From contig NC_042997.1 in the NCBI RefSeq assembly GCF_006345805.1, positions 62,062,001-62,126,000 of the forward strand: DNA of 64,000 nt, written 5' to 3'. Below are positions 11,870 to 23,468 of the stretch, piece by piece. The notes beneath the pieces are model-generated. The model worked only from the letters and a program-made list of their open reading frames with translations, was not told the DNA's origin and did no database searches. The stretch is from Octopus sinensis (lineage: Eukaryota). The stretch's first letter is position 1; every line of letters begins with the position of its first letter. The position numbers and the translations under genes are program-made.

Positions 11870-12691
11870 GATAATGTGGAGAGTAAAACACAGTTGCTCT
11901 CTTGGAAACCTTGCCAAAAATAAAGGAAGATGTAGATGATAATTCTTATGGAAAGCAAATCTGCTTTGAACAAAATAAAACTACTGATTAAAAAAAAAGA
12001 AAGCAAAATATACTTGAATTATATTTTTTGTTTACTTATTTTTATCAATGTCATTAACATCATAATATGTGTTACTTCCATATTGCCATGTGTTACTTGG
12101 TTCTGCTGTTTACGACAATTCTGATTCAGTTTTGTGATTTAAATTTTTTTTCAGATTGATAAAATTTTTGCTTGTCCAAAAGCATTTTCATAAGTATATC
12201 TCAAATGTCCATGTTTTCTTTCAGACTTTATGGTTATCAGTTATTTCATATGTTTTGAGTGATATAAAGCTTTCCTTTCATTAATTCCAAGTTACTCTGG
12301 TAGTTGGAAAAAATTGGAGTATGTGATATATAGACACCAGGGAAAGTGTCCTGTGAATCACATGAAATACACAGGACAAGCAAAGGATTAAACTGTTTTT
12401 TTTTAGAATGTAACAAATATGTTTGTGGAAAGATCCTGAAATTAAAATTTTAATGTGAACCGTCATTCAGGAACATGGAAACACTCAGCTCCTTCCTTCA
12501 CCCATTTTTCTCTTTCCAATTTCACTTCTAACTTGAACTTAAATAAGTCTAGCAACTCTGGCATAAGTAGTTCAGAGCATTGAATGATTTGTAAAATATG
12601 ATGGTGAGAAAATATCCAGATAGGAAAATGGGGTCAGAAAATACGAAAGATATTATTAATAGCCCAACTCTAATTACCTCAACATTTTAAA

Positions 12692-12883
12692 ATTGTAAGA
12701 TACAAATAAGATGATAATTTATTTTCGAATATAGATTAAATTATTGGGTCAATTACAAAGAAAAATATGTCTAGAAACAGCCATGAGGCACTCAAACTGA
12801 CATCCTTTGAAGACACAATATTTCTGCTGTTCTAACGATGTCTCTGCATTTGAAAATAAATTATTTTATTTGTATCTTACAAT
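12692..12883. mobile_element. MITE with ~38-bp TIRs
   Basis: ATTGTAAGATACAAATAAGATGATAATTTATTTTC ... GAAAATAAATTATTTTATTTGTATCTTACAAT; non-coding interior. Confidence 0.75.
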
Positions 12884-13044
12884 ATATATATATCAACACT
12901 TATAAAAGAAACAAATATTTGTTTATATTTTTATATTACTTTTTAGAGAGGTTACACAACCAAGTCAATGTGATGCCAGACAATACAGTCTAGCTAGTTG
13001 TAAGAATAGCAATTGTTATACTGAGTGCATCTAAATATGCCATG

Positions 13045-13128
13045 GGCATATGGTGTAGTGGTTAAAAGCGTGGGCTGCTAACCCCAAGATTCCGAGTTCG
13101 ATTCCAGGCAGTGACCTGAATAATAATA
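13045..13128 (+). mobile_element. tRNA-Ser-like SINE head with (AAT)n tail
   Basis: A box TGGTGTAGTGG, GCT anticodon loop, B box GTTCGATTCC, but acceptor and T stems do not pair; followed by aataataataa. Confidence 0.65.
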
Positions 13129-13372
13129 AATGTTACTGTTCTATAAATTTAAAATATTGTATGTTACAGGAACTTCCTGTTATTACAGAAATAATGCATT
13201 TCAGAAAAACCTGCCATAAGGTAAAATTAATTTTTTCACCGGTTTTTGTGTGGTTACATGGTAATGCATGGCTACTGATATTTTTAACAACTACAAAAGC
13301 AAGCAGCTCGAAAATAACAGTTTCTAAACATACTCAGTACTATATATATATATATATATATCTCTCAATAGC

Positions 13373-15166
13373 ATCATCGTTAACGTCCGCTTTCCATGCT
13401 GACATGGGTTGGACGGTTTGACTGAGGACTGGTAGGCCGGAAGGCTGCATCAGGGCCCAGTCTGATTTGGCAAAGTTTATACAACTGGATGCCCTTCCTA
13501 ATGCCAATCACTCTGAGAGTGTAGTGGGTGCTTTTTGCGTGCCACCGGCACGAGAGCTAGTCTGGCAGCACTGGCATTGACTACGCTTGAATGGTGCTTT
13601 TTACGTACCACCGGTATGGGTGCCAATCTGACGGTACTGGCATCGGTCACGCTCGAATGGCGCTTTTTACGTGCCACTGACATCGGCCACGACTACGATT
13701 TCACTTGGTTCAACAGGTCTTCACAAGCACGGCACATTGCCCACCGATTGGGCCAGTTATGCGACACTGGCATCGGCCACAGCTATGATCTCACTTGGCT
13801 TGTCGGGTCTTCTCAAGCACGGCAAATCTCCAAAGGTCCCAATCGCTTGTCATTGCCTCTCTGAAGCCCAACGTTCGGAAGTCGTGCTTCACCACCTCAT
13901 CCCATGTCTTCCTGGGTCTTCCTCTTCCACAGATTCCTTCATTGTTAGGGTGTAACACTTCTTCACGCAGCTGTCCTCATCTATACGCAACACATGGCCA
14001 TACAAACGCAGTCGTCTCTCTTGCACACCACATTTGATGCTTCTTATGTCCAACTTTTCTGTCAGGATGCGTACACTCTGTTGTACATGCACACTGACAT
14101 TACACATCCAGTAGAGCATACTAGCTTCATTTTTTTCAAGCCTACGCATTTTCTCAGCAGTTACAGCCCATGATTCACTGCCGTGTAGCATGGCTGTTTG
14201 CACACATGCATCATACAGTCTGTTTCACTCTGAGCGAGAGACCCTTTGTTACTAGCAGAGGTAGGAGCTCTCCGAACTTTGTCCAGGCTATTCTTATTCT
14301 AGCATCCACCCCCTCTACTGACTTGGTCACCTAGGTAACGGAAGCTATCAACTACTCCTCGGTTCTTCCCCTGACGTGATGGAATCTGTTTTCTGTATAT
14401 CTTCGGTGTTTATTGGACCTGTGCATCTGCCACTCAAAAATTCTCTTCCCAGTTAACTTTACGTTGATATTGCTGCACCTCCTATGTGTTCATAGCTTAC
14501 ATAGGGTAATCTTATGGAGTTTCTACCTGCGCCTTTTCTTCAGATCGAGCATGTACCTGAAGGGATTTGTGATTTTTCTACCTTCCTACTTACTAAGAGT
14601 TTGGTTTTTGCTAGGTTGACTCTAAGGTCTTTCGATTCTAGACTTTGCTTCCACATCTGAAACTTAATAGTTCTGGTAGTGACTCAGCTATTAGAGCAAG
14701 GTCATCAGCATAGAGGAGCTCCCAGAGCAGCCTGTCTTGAATTCACTTGCTATTTCCTGAAGGACTATTATGAATAAGAGGAGACTGAGGACTGATCCTT
14801 GGTGAACCCTTCTACCTGGAATTCTTCACTATACTTATTGCTAGCCATTACCTTACTGACAGCATCCCTGTATATGGCTTGTACAGCTCTCACCAACCAC
14901 TCATCTATCCCTAGTTTCCGCATTGACCACCAGATAAGGGATCGGGGCACCCTGTCGAATGCTTTCACCATGTCAACAAAAGCCAAGTACGCAGGTTTAT
15001 CTTTGACTAGGAATTTCTTCTGCAGCTGTCTTACCAGAAATATAGCATCAGTGGTGCTTCTTGGCACAAACCAAAACTGCATCTCATCTAAACTAACTCT
15101 CTCTCTCCCTAATTAGTTGGGTTATGACCCTCTTCGTGACTTTCATTACCTGATCCAACAATTTGA
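13373..15166 (-). mobile_element. 5'-truncated, decayed RTE-clade LINE (RT, C-terminus, 3' UTR)
   Basis: ORFs 14768-15082 (AFVDMVKAFDRVPR) and 13889-14203 (AMLHGSESWA, RLYGHVLR); LLYADD motif at ~14700; (GAT)n tail; frameshifts and stops. Confidence 0.93.
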
Positions 15167-15959
15167 GATATATATGTAAAACATTTGAAGTGAAAAATAC
15201 TAGGGAATGAAGAAAAATAGTAATATAATACATTCTTACCACAAAATATGTTGATTACTGTGTCATTGTCGATATCTATGCCAATGGCATGCGTATCATC
15301 TCTGTATAGCTCAGTGTAGGAACTGGACTCCTTGTAAACCCCTCTTGTAAATTTTCTCATCTCGATTAGGGTTGTTAGTAAAAACTTGCAGATATATGTG
15401 ACACAACTCTTTAACGATTTTCTTTGAAGTAAATTTAAATGGAGTTAGTGCAATTTATGTATTCTTAGCTTATTCTAACTCCTCACTGGATTAACTTTAT
15501 CGAACACAAACTGAACCACATTATTTTCTGATGTCCTCAATCCATTCATCATTACAATATATTTCCGAATTTGATGTAGACTTTCCGCTTGAGGAGGGCA
15601 CCACTTCATCCTATGACTCCGTTATCGGCAGCATCTATTATCTTGAAGTTAATCCAGAAGTTGCTAATCTGGTTTAACCTCCTTGTCAATAACGTTCATT
15701 AGTTGTTGAAAGTTCTCGATATGCCTTGAAGTTAGCTATCACACATCACTTCACTGGCTGGAGCAAAAGAAATATTGGATACATTCCACTCTCAGGTTAT
15801 AAGAAAACTCATTTAACTTCACTAGGTAGCTTGATGCATTGTCTAAAAGGAGTTGTTTTATTGTAATTATATTTGGAGAAATAGACATGTAAATCCTTCT
15901 TTGAAAATGTTTTATTCATCCATGCCCTATCTGTATAGGCAAATTAAACTTTGCCGAAA

Positions 15960-16122
15960 GGACCAACCTTCCGAGTTCTTTTATAGAGCTTAGAAAAACT
16001 GAACGACCGCTGCAATAAGTGTGTGAACCTGTGAGGGGAATATGTTGAATAAAAATTATAATTATTTGATCCTCCCGTATTTTCTTTTACCTAAAACCAA
16101 GAACTTTTCAGCACCCCCTCGT
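15960..16122 (+). mobile_element. mariner 3' end fragment
   Basis: KLNDRCNKCVNL*GEYVE* (mariner C-terminal consensus RWxKCVxxxGxYVE) followed by the TIR-like end aacttttcagcaccccctcg-TA. Confidence 0.75.
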
Positions 16123-16317
16123 ACTGGCCTGAAAGGTGTTTTAAAGTTTTCACCATCATTTTCCTGCAAATCGTCTTGAAAACTTTTGGCAATTACTATC
16201 ATGCTTTATCGGTACAATGCATCACATTAAATCTATGAAAAATAGGGTTCGAGCAGGTAACTGAGTTACTTCTTGACTTAATTTTCTCTTTATTTTTTTT
16301 TGTATTATTCACTCTGT

Positions 16318-16650
16318 GCGAAGGCGCATGGCTCAGTGGTTAGAGCGTCGAGTTTACGATCTTTAGGTTGAGTTCGATTCCTGGACTGGGCTGTGTGTTG
16401 TATTCTTGAACAAGACACTTTTTTTTTCACGCTCCGGTTCACTCATTTGTAGAAATGAGTTGCGACGTCACTGGTCCTAAGCTTTGTTGGCCTTTCCCTT
16501 GGATAACACCGCTGGTGTGGAGAGGAGAGACTAGTATGCATAGGCGACTGCGACTGCTGGTCTTCCATAAAACAACCTTCCCGGATATGTGCCTAGAAGG
16601 GTAACTTTCTAGGTGCAATCCCATGGTCATTCGTGATCGAAGGGGGTCTT
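16318..16650 (+). mobile_element. tRNA-derived SINE with a conserved central domain
   Basis: A box TGGCTCAGTGG, B box GTTCGATTCC, then tgtgttgtattcttgaacaagacact...cactcatttgtagaaatgag resembling the shared central domain of metazoan SINE superfamilies. Confidence 0.75.
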
Positions 16651-16879
16651 TACTTTTGCACTGTAGATGTTGCAGGGATTAATGTTTTGGTAATGTAACT
16701 GGTTTTGTCTTTCGCATCAAGTCTTTTGGGGTTCCTTTTTTGCACTAGTGCCTTCAGTTTCATTTGAAGGCTTCTAGGAATCTTGAATTACAGGCAAATC
16801 TAACAGTGGTGGTGATCGACAGTTACCCAAGACAAATATGTAACAAAAAGAATAGCGTGCTTACGTAAAATATGTACGC

Positions 16880-17690
16880 ATGTCTTTATCTGTGTTTGTT
16901 CTTTACTACCGTTTGATAACAAGTGTTGGTTTGTCCTTGTAACTTAACCTGTTCGGCAAAATAGCCCGGTAGAGTAGGTAGCAGGCTAAAGAATTACTAT
17001 TGAGGTCGTTTGCCTAAAACGCTTCAAGGTGCAGGTGTTCCTCAATATACTTGTTATGATCCACATCAAATAAAGAGAAACATTCAGTGAAAAATTTCCA
17101 TATCAAACCCGAATACACAAATTTTTGCACACACGTGCCTCTCTCCCCCCTCTCTTAATATATGTATATGTAAAATCTTTTACTTGTTTTAGTCATTTGA
17201 CTGCAGCCTTGAAGGGTTTTTGTCGGAACAAATAGGCCCCAGGACTTTTTTCTCAAGCTTAGTACTTATTCTATCTGTCTTTTTGCCGAACTGTTAAGTT
17301 ACGGGGCTGTAAACACACCAAATTGTGTTGTCAAGCGATGGTAGTAGAGGATGCTCACATATTTACATCATGCCTCGACTATCGCGGGTGTTACGTTCCG
17401 AAACCTTCCAGAGAAATACTTAGATAAAAAAATATATATAAATACCTATCGGCCGCAGAAACCCGCTATATAAATTTACATATATTAGCCAGAAAAATCT
17501 GCGATGAACTGTATGTGTGTGTATGTGTATATATAAGTTATATGGTGGGCTTCTTTCAGTTTCTGTCTACCAAATCCAATCACAAGACATTGGTCGGCTT
17601 GAATCTTATAGTAGATGACATTTGCCCAAGGTGCCACTCAATAGGCCCGAACCCGGAGGAAGAAAGCTTCTTATCACACAGCCACGTGTG
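16880..17690. mobile_element. Cluster of fragments of the abundant SINE family A (16880-17040 +, 17195-17345 -, 17525-17690 -) with a Tigger-like MITE piece at 17365-17510
   Basis: Homology to the complete copies at 30640-31028 and 34352-34752. Confidence 0.7.
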
Positions 17691-18099
17691 TGTGTATTGT
17701 GATTATTTTTCAAATTAACCATACTTAGATTTTAGGTAAAAGAAACGGCTTTTTGCTAGGAAGAAAGGGAAGAATTTGAATTGAAATTACCGTAAACATA
17801 ACGCTGAACACGTTTGTTATTAATACATACAATGCTTATGATTAAATGTTATCGATATATTAAGTATTGCTGTTAAGACCATATAACGATGTATTAATAC
17901 TGTAGACTGTGTAACAATTTTTTTTCTATTGTCTTTGGCCAGTAAGTGTTATTTCCTATTTGCTTCTAGCTGGAAGTCAAAGGAAATGACTACTATTCCC
18001 TTCAAACTTTGCTTCAGTGACCTGGACATCAATGTTTTGAAACTGATCTATTTTCCATTACATTTCAAACAGATTCAGTGCTGAGTTGCTGGAGCAGAA

Positions 18100-18270
18100 A
18101 TATCGTTAAAGCAAATATTCTGCTCAATGCCACAAATTTGTCAGTTGCTTGATCTTAACCACTTGAGCATGTCCCTCAGTGGCTGACAATAGTGCATCTC
18201 TGCTCATGAGCAGGATTATTTGGGATAGTGTCATAACTATGTGTTGAGAGAGATTCTTTGGAGTTCGAAT
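18100..18270 (-). repeat. Fragment of the unclassified (TAT)n-tailed repeat family
   Basis: agcaaatattctgctcaat.ccaca.atttg..gtcagttg..tga.cttaacca.ttgagcatgtccct shared with 23500-23670 and 23960-24130. Confidence 0.75.
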
Positions 18271-19370
18271 ACATATAACAAAAGCAAAATTTGAAGGAAA
18301 TATTATCTACTTTTCATACTTTCTAGAGGTAAGCAAATACGAAGTAACAATTGCTACCCAAGGATAAAAATCGTGTTTGAATGAAAATTACCAATAAATC
18401 CAACTACATCATAATGTGTTGTCATTTTCGTTTTTTTGGACTCGATGGTATAACTTAAGAATGATTTGGCTGCCGTTTCTAGCAGGTCGGAAGACCATGT
18501 AAAGGTTTTGTCTTCGTTGTCTTTGGTTATTTCTATGACAGATGATAGTTCTGATCTACAATAGGTTGCAGTGGACCCCTTCGATTGATTAAAATTACAA
18601 TTTTAAATGCTTCTAACTTTTTGTTTTCAATTTTCAAGGGGGAAATTTCACCGTTCCGTACGGTATGCCTTTCAACTGGGATGCCCCATACTGTGACACC
18701 TCCAGTTGCAACTTGGCGTGGTCAGCTCCCAGCCCAGGCGCCGCTGCTCGCTAGGCTGAGAAAAGCAAACGTTCAAGATATCGGTCGCTGTCCTATGACA
18801 GTGGAGACCGCCGGTGCTCTTGGCCTCCCGGATGATTTTCCTGCTCACCGTTATCGGGGCGGAGATGGCTGTCAACAAGTCTGAACTCCTTGAGTTAGAG
18901 CGGCTGTTCCAGCGTATCTCCCTCACTATCCTCCTGAGCAACATCTTTTCTATTTTGTTAACTGGGACCATGAGAAACGTTTCTACATTATGAATGGATT
19001 TGGTAGGCGGAAGCTGAAAGAAGTCCATCAGAGAGTGAGATATAGTAAAGAGAGTACGACAAATCTAGAAAATCTTATTCGTATATGTTTTAGCATAAAT
19101 TTGAAAAACCTCAACTGGTTGGAAGAAATTTAACAAGATCCGTAGTTTTTGTCCTGTGTTGTTATAGTGAATATAAAAGTGAAGCTGATCATACAAGGAT
19201 ATAGAAATTTTTTTCTTTTTTGTTTTAGATTTAAGCCTGTTAAATGTCTTTAGTTGTAACGAAGTAATTTCTATACAATTAATGATTTAAACATTGGGTG
19301 TGCTATGCCTGAAACGGTATGTTGTAGAGAGTTAATGCATTTTTAGCTAGGCTGAATTGGGGCGATTGTA

Positions 19371-20215
19371 AGTAGTAGGCATCCGTCACCATGGATCTGC
19401 ACCCAAAGAAATCGTGTCAGCTGTTGTGGCTGTACAAGCCCACACGGGAGTGGAAGTCAAGCATACAGCGATTGCATTTGAAGGAACTCTCTGCCAGTGC
19501 TACTGATTTTTCCCTCCGTCGAGTGCGCTTTTCTCTGATGGCGAGTTCCTGTTTTTCTCTCGCTCTCTTCATTCCCTTTCGCAGTATTTGCCTCCAGTGT
19601 GGGCGATCATTTGCAACTGCCTCCCATCTCAGGTCGTCCAGATCAAGCAACTTCATATCTCTCTTACAGACATCTTTGAAACGAAGAGGAGCACTGAAAA
19701 GGTTGATAAGCCCATCAGAAGTGTTCGCTCTGAACCGTTACTGTTGAGTTCTACCAACTTTAGTAGAGAGTTCTTCACAGCAAAGCCGACACCATGCTCT
19801 CTGACTTCATCTGTGCCTTTCCCTTACCAGAAAAAGATATCTCTTTCACGAAGGATCCTCGAGTCTGGAAGTCTCGTTCCTGGAGTGCTGCAATGCACAC
19901 TCGTAGTCGTAGCAGTTCGTTGTTGATCACTGCTGTCGTGCGTGTGTTGCTGATTTTTCGAAGGTCCTCTAACAGACCAGTTGTCATGGTCCCTATGTTC
20001 CAAATCCGAGTCTGATTGCTGTTTTTTTGCGTTGCGTTGCTTGTTTACTTGTTCATTTTTCATGGTGCAATGTTTACAGCTCACGGTTCAAGATGTTGGT
20101 TCCCCTAAGCTCCACACACCCAGTGGAACAAGTGGGTTGTGACAGAACAGCGCCTAACTGGCTGAGGGGCTGCCCAGCTTGAGGCAGGCGGTATCTGTCC
20201 AACTAACAGAGAACG
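19371..20215 (-). mobile_element. Internally deleted (bipartite) RTE element: 5' UTR and endonuclease N-terminus fused to the ORF C-terminus and tail
   Basis: APE N-terminal motifs (CIAALQET-like, EHGVGFAV) at 19710-20000 run directly into RFKDVCKRDMK...CNRCMLDFHSRVGLYSH and the gacggatgcctactac tail. Confidence 0.85.
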
Positions 20216-20274
20216 TCGATTCGAATCCATTCTGTTTCATGAATTTTCAAATGAATGGTTGCAGTAGGATTCGA

Positions 20275-20327
<53 letters not shown>

Positions 20328-20329
<2 letters not shown>

Positions 20330-20720
20330 TCTATAATCCGAAAGCTAACAGCATTGTTGAAGGTTTCCAACACCGATTCAAGGCGGCTCTCAATGTTTAA
20401 CCGAATCCTTCTAAATGGTACGTGTTCTTACCATTTGTGCTTCTTGGAATTCGTTTCACAATTAAAGATATTAACTGGATACCGGCAAAATAAGCTAAGG
20501 ATTTTCTCTAAAATTACTTTGACAGATAATTGTTCTACTGAACACAATATCAGTTGGAGACCCAGCACAGTTCGTGCATCTTTTATGAAGCTACAAGACA
20601 GGAGTTCCACCAGTAATCTCTCTATTCCGTAACTTTAAAGTTCACGTCCCTGCAGAAACGGTACTTTTTCGCAAAGATGCTGTCCCCAAACCTCTGCAAG
20701 TGACTTATCTAGTTTCTTTT
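20328..20720 (+). mobile_element. Gypsy/Ty3 LTR-retrotransposon integrase fragment
   Basis: YNPKANSIVEGFQHRFKAAL..W..FLPFVLLGIR (consensus YHPQANGxVERFHRxLKAAL..LPxVLLGIR) and a downstream RKDAVPKPLQ motif; stops present. Confidence 0.8.
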
Positions 20721-20739
20721 GAAGTCATCCAACCATCAA

Positions 20740-21270
20740 TCCATCCACCTTCACCACCTACTATTCCTGGGAGGGCCGTGAGAGTAGAGTTCTCGAGCAC
20801 CTCCTCCACAGGGTCCTATCAAAAGCAACCATCATTAGATTTTCCTGCTGGACTCCTAAATGCAGCCAACTAAGTCCATGGATATTATCCAACCATATCG
20901 TTCTTGGTCTACTTCTAGGTCTCCTGCCGGTGGGCTCGGCTTGAAGAATCCATATTGCGATTTTTCCTGAAACATTAATTACATGCTCGTAGTACAGGAG
21001 ATCGCTTAGTGAGGAGAAGTAGCGGCTCGATCAGGAGAGAGCCCTGATTTCAGAGTGACGAACTCTGTCGAGTAACATTACTCCAGAGACCCTCTGGAGG
21101 AACCTCATTTCTGTTGCTTGTCTTCGCGATTGTACTCTTTTGGTCATTGCCCAACACTTTTGACTATAGTTGAGGATAGGCACAAAAACCGAACTGAAGA
21201 AAGCGAGTTAGGCTTTTTTTTTTACCATCCTCTCCTCTTCTAAGGATCGACTGCTGGAGCTTGTACATCA
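20740..21270 (-). mobile_element. Decayed RTE-like LINE 3' fragment
   Basis: Homologous to 290-720 and 9640-9910; broken frames. Confidence 0.6.
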
Positions 21271-22099
21271 CTGTCCAAGCACTTGCAATTCTATCATCTC
21301 ATGAAGTTAAATGGAAGGAAACCAAAATATTTTGTTATAGAAGTAATTGGAGAAAATTACTATTGACTTAAATCGTTTGGAACCATCTTTCCTAGAAAAG
21401 GCCTATTGGTTTTATCATTCAACAACTATTATGCTTGTAACATCAGCAACTACTGAACCATACGTGTCCTAAGTGAACAATACGCAATCTGGAATCATGT
21501 GGTTGAGAAGCAAAATTCTTACCATGTAGCCATGCCGGTGCTTATGGCCATGCCATCGACAATATAATCATACAAAAAAATTTCTTGTTTTTTTCTTTTT
21601 TCTGTCTACTTATACACTCATAGACTTTTACAACGATATTTTTGACTTTCAATTATCACCTATTTTGTGTGGGAGTACTGTATTCGAATGATGTTTGCTT
21701 TTTGTGACAGTCACAACACAGAATATAGCATTATTTATATGACAAGTGGCAGATACTGTGGAAGCAGAAATAGGGTCACATGGTGCCAGGATATTTTCCC
21801 CGTCAAATACATTTGCAGCATAGTTGGAGCCTATATCGAGTTGGTAAAAAAAAGCAACTTCGCGCCGAAATGAACTAGTTTACCGATAGGAGGCCGAAAA
21901 TATCAATTTGGTTCAAAACTATAGCATGCAACTTATATTAACGTCAAACTCAGCGACTTATTTTTCTTTCTTCACAGGCACTAAAAATTCTTTTTACAAC
22001 GAATAACCTCTTTTCAAAAATGTCGGATTTAGTGTGTGATACCGAAAAGAGCCTTGTATCTTTTCACCCATTCATTGTTCAAAGTACGCACACGCACTA

Positions 22100-22131
<32 letters not shown>

Positions 22132-22790
22132 TGTGACATGCAGACAAAAGTTTTCAAAATGTTTAAAGCAAGGATAAAATAAAAACAAAAATATAACAAA
22201 AAGATTTAAAACATTTTATATATATTTCCGTATGTGTTTCTTACATTATGGAAAATAAAATATACTCGAAGTTATTGCGTTATAATCATTCAGGATATTT
22301 CATTTCTTTATTTATTAAACCATATTTATTATTCTTATCAGTAACAAAACGAATTTATGTTATTTATTTCGTTCTATAGTAGTAAATTATTCATTCTATT
22401 CCATTGCATTAAAAAAAACCCCTTTTAAATGGAGAAAATAGCAAGAAACTAAGTGTACTCACAGGCATGTCTGTATGTATGCGTGTATGTATGTATGTAT
22501 GTATGTATGTATGTATGTATGTATGTATGTATGTGTATATGTAGAGTTTTGAAAGCTATTGATTTATCTCGTATTAGTGCTTATGCATCATGCTACAGAA
22601 GATAGTAAAGACGAGTGTAGAAATCGTCAATGTCTTCTTTCTAATCGACATGCTGAGTTCCCAATAGATTAATAATGACCTATGACGTACGACTGAGTTG
22701 TTTAATATTATACATATTGAATTGTGAGTATTTCTATGCGATTATAAACTGTGAGTACCCACGGCACTCATAAACGAAGCACATTGGTAA

Positions 22791-22796
22791 TTTATT
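22791..22796 (-). promoter_or_regulatory. Polyadenylation signal of the EF-hand gene
   Basis: AATAAA on - about 135 nt after the stop, followed by GT-rich sequence. Confidence 0.6.
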
Positions 22797-22929
22797 GAAA
22801 CCTTGTCGCAAATGGAATAAACACATGAAAAAAGACAAAAATAACAAAATGCTTAAGAAAACGCTACAACAAAGTAAACAATAAGTAGCCTTGAGATGTA
22901 TTTTGACATAACATAAAGCGACCTGTAAC

Positions 22930-23152
22930 TTAATTAGCTTTAGCAATCATCTCGTCAACTACTTTCTCCCACTCATTCCTATTTATTTCAGAATCATTAT
23001 CTAAATCAATATTTTTAATGATGTCTGTTACATCTTGGCGATCATATCCCTTACTTTTTAATTTTTGCAACATTTCACAAGAATTGAGTTTTCCGCTTCC
23101 ATCCTTGTCTGCGTCATCAAACGCCTTCATAAGATCCTCCTTTTTCACTTGA
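22930..23152 (-). CDS. Four-EF-hand calmodulin-like Ca2+-binding protein, exon 3 (EF3, EF4, stop)
   Basis: Acceptor cttttctcatgccttatatttctgatttcag|T; QVKKEDLMKAFDDADKDGSGKLNSCE...IDLDNDSEINRNEWEKVVDEMIAKAN*. The ORF-track start (MPYISDF) lies in the polypyrimidine tract. Confidence 0.93.
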
Positions 23153-23235
23153 CTGAAATCAGAAATATAAGGCATGAGAAAAGACCAATCAAATGTGAAA
23201 TTTTAAAGTTTATAACAAAGTTACTGATTTCTTAC

Positions 23236-23274
23236 GACCATACAGTATCTGGTAGAAGTGTAAAGGTAGAACAC
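23236..23274 (-). CDS. Candidate in-frame cassette exon (13 codons) of the EF-hand gene
   Basis: Acceptor gctgattttatag|, donor TC|gtaaga, 39 nt, phase 2/2, open in the gene frame (CSTFTLLPDTVW); 83-nt downstream intron. No transcript evidence. Confidence 0.35.
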
Positions 23275-23419
23275 CTATAAAATCAGCATTGCTTGGAACT
23301 GCAAGATTCTTCGCAGGGTTCTTGAAGCATGATCAGTAAACAAGTGTCACATTAGTTTGCTAGCTGTAGACAGATAACACTTTCCATCGTACCCAGCAAA
23401 ATGAGCCGAGAGTTTTCAT

Positions 23420-23422
23420 ATC

Positions 23423-23468
<46 letters not shown>

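Noticed and set aside
13045-13120. tRNA-Ser(GCT) gene
   Set aside because: Acceptor and T stems do not pair and an (AAT)n tail follows; this is a SINE head. The same applies to 16318-16390 and 33730-33797.
22930-23175. Intronless 81-aa two-EF-hand protein starting MPYISDF
   Set aside because: That ATG lies in a polypyrimidine tract before a clear acceptor; two upstream exons splice in phase to give a four-EF-hand protein.
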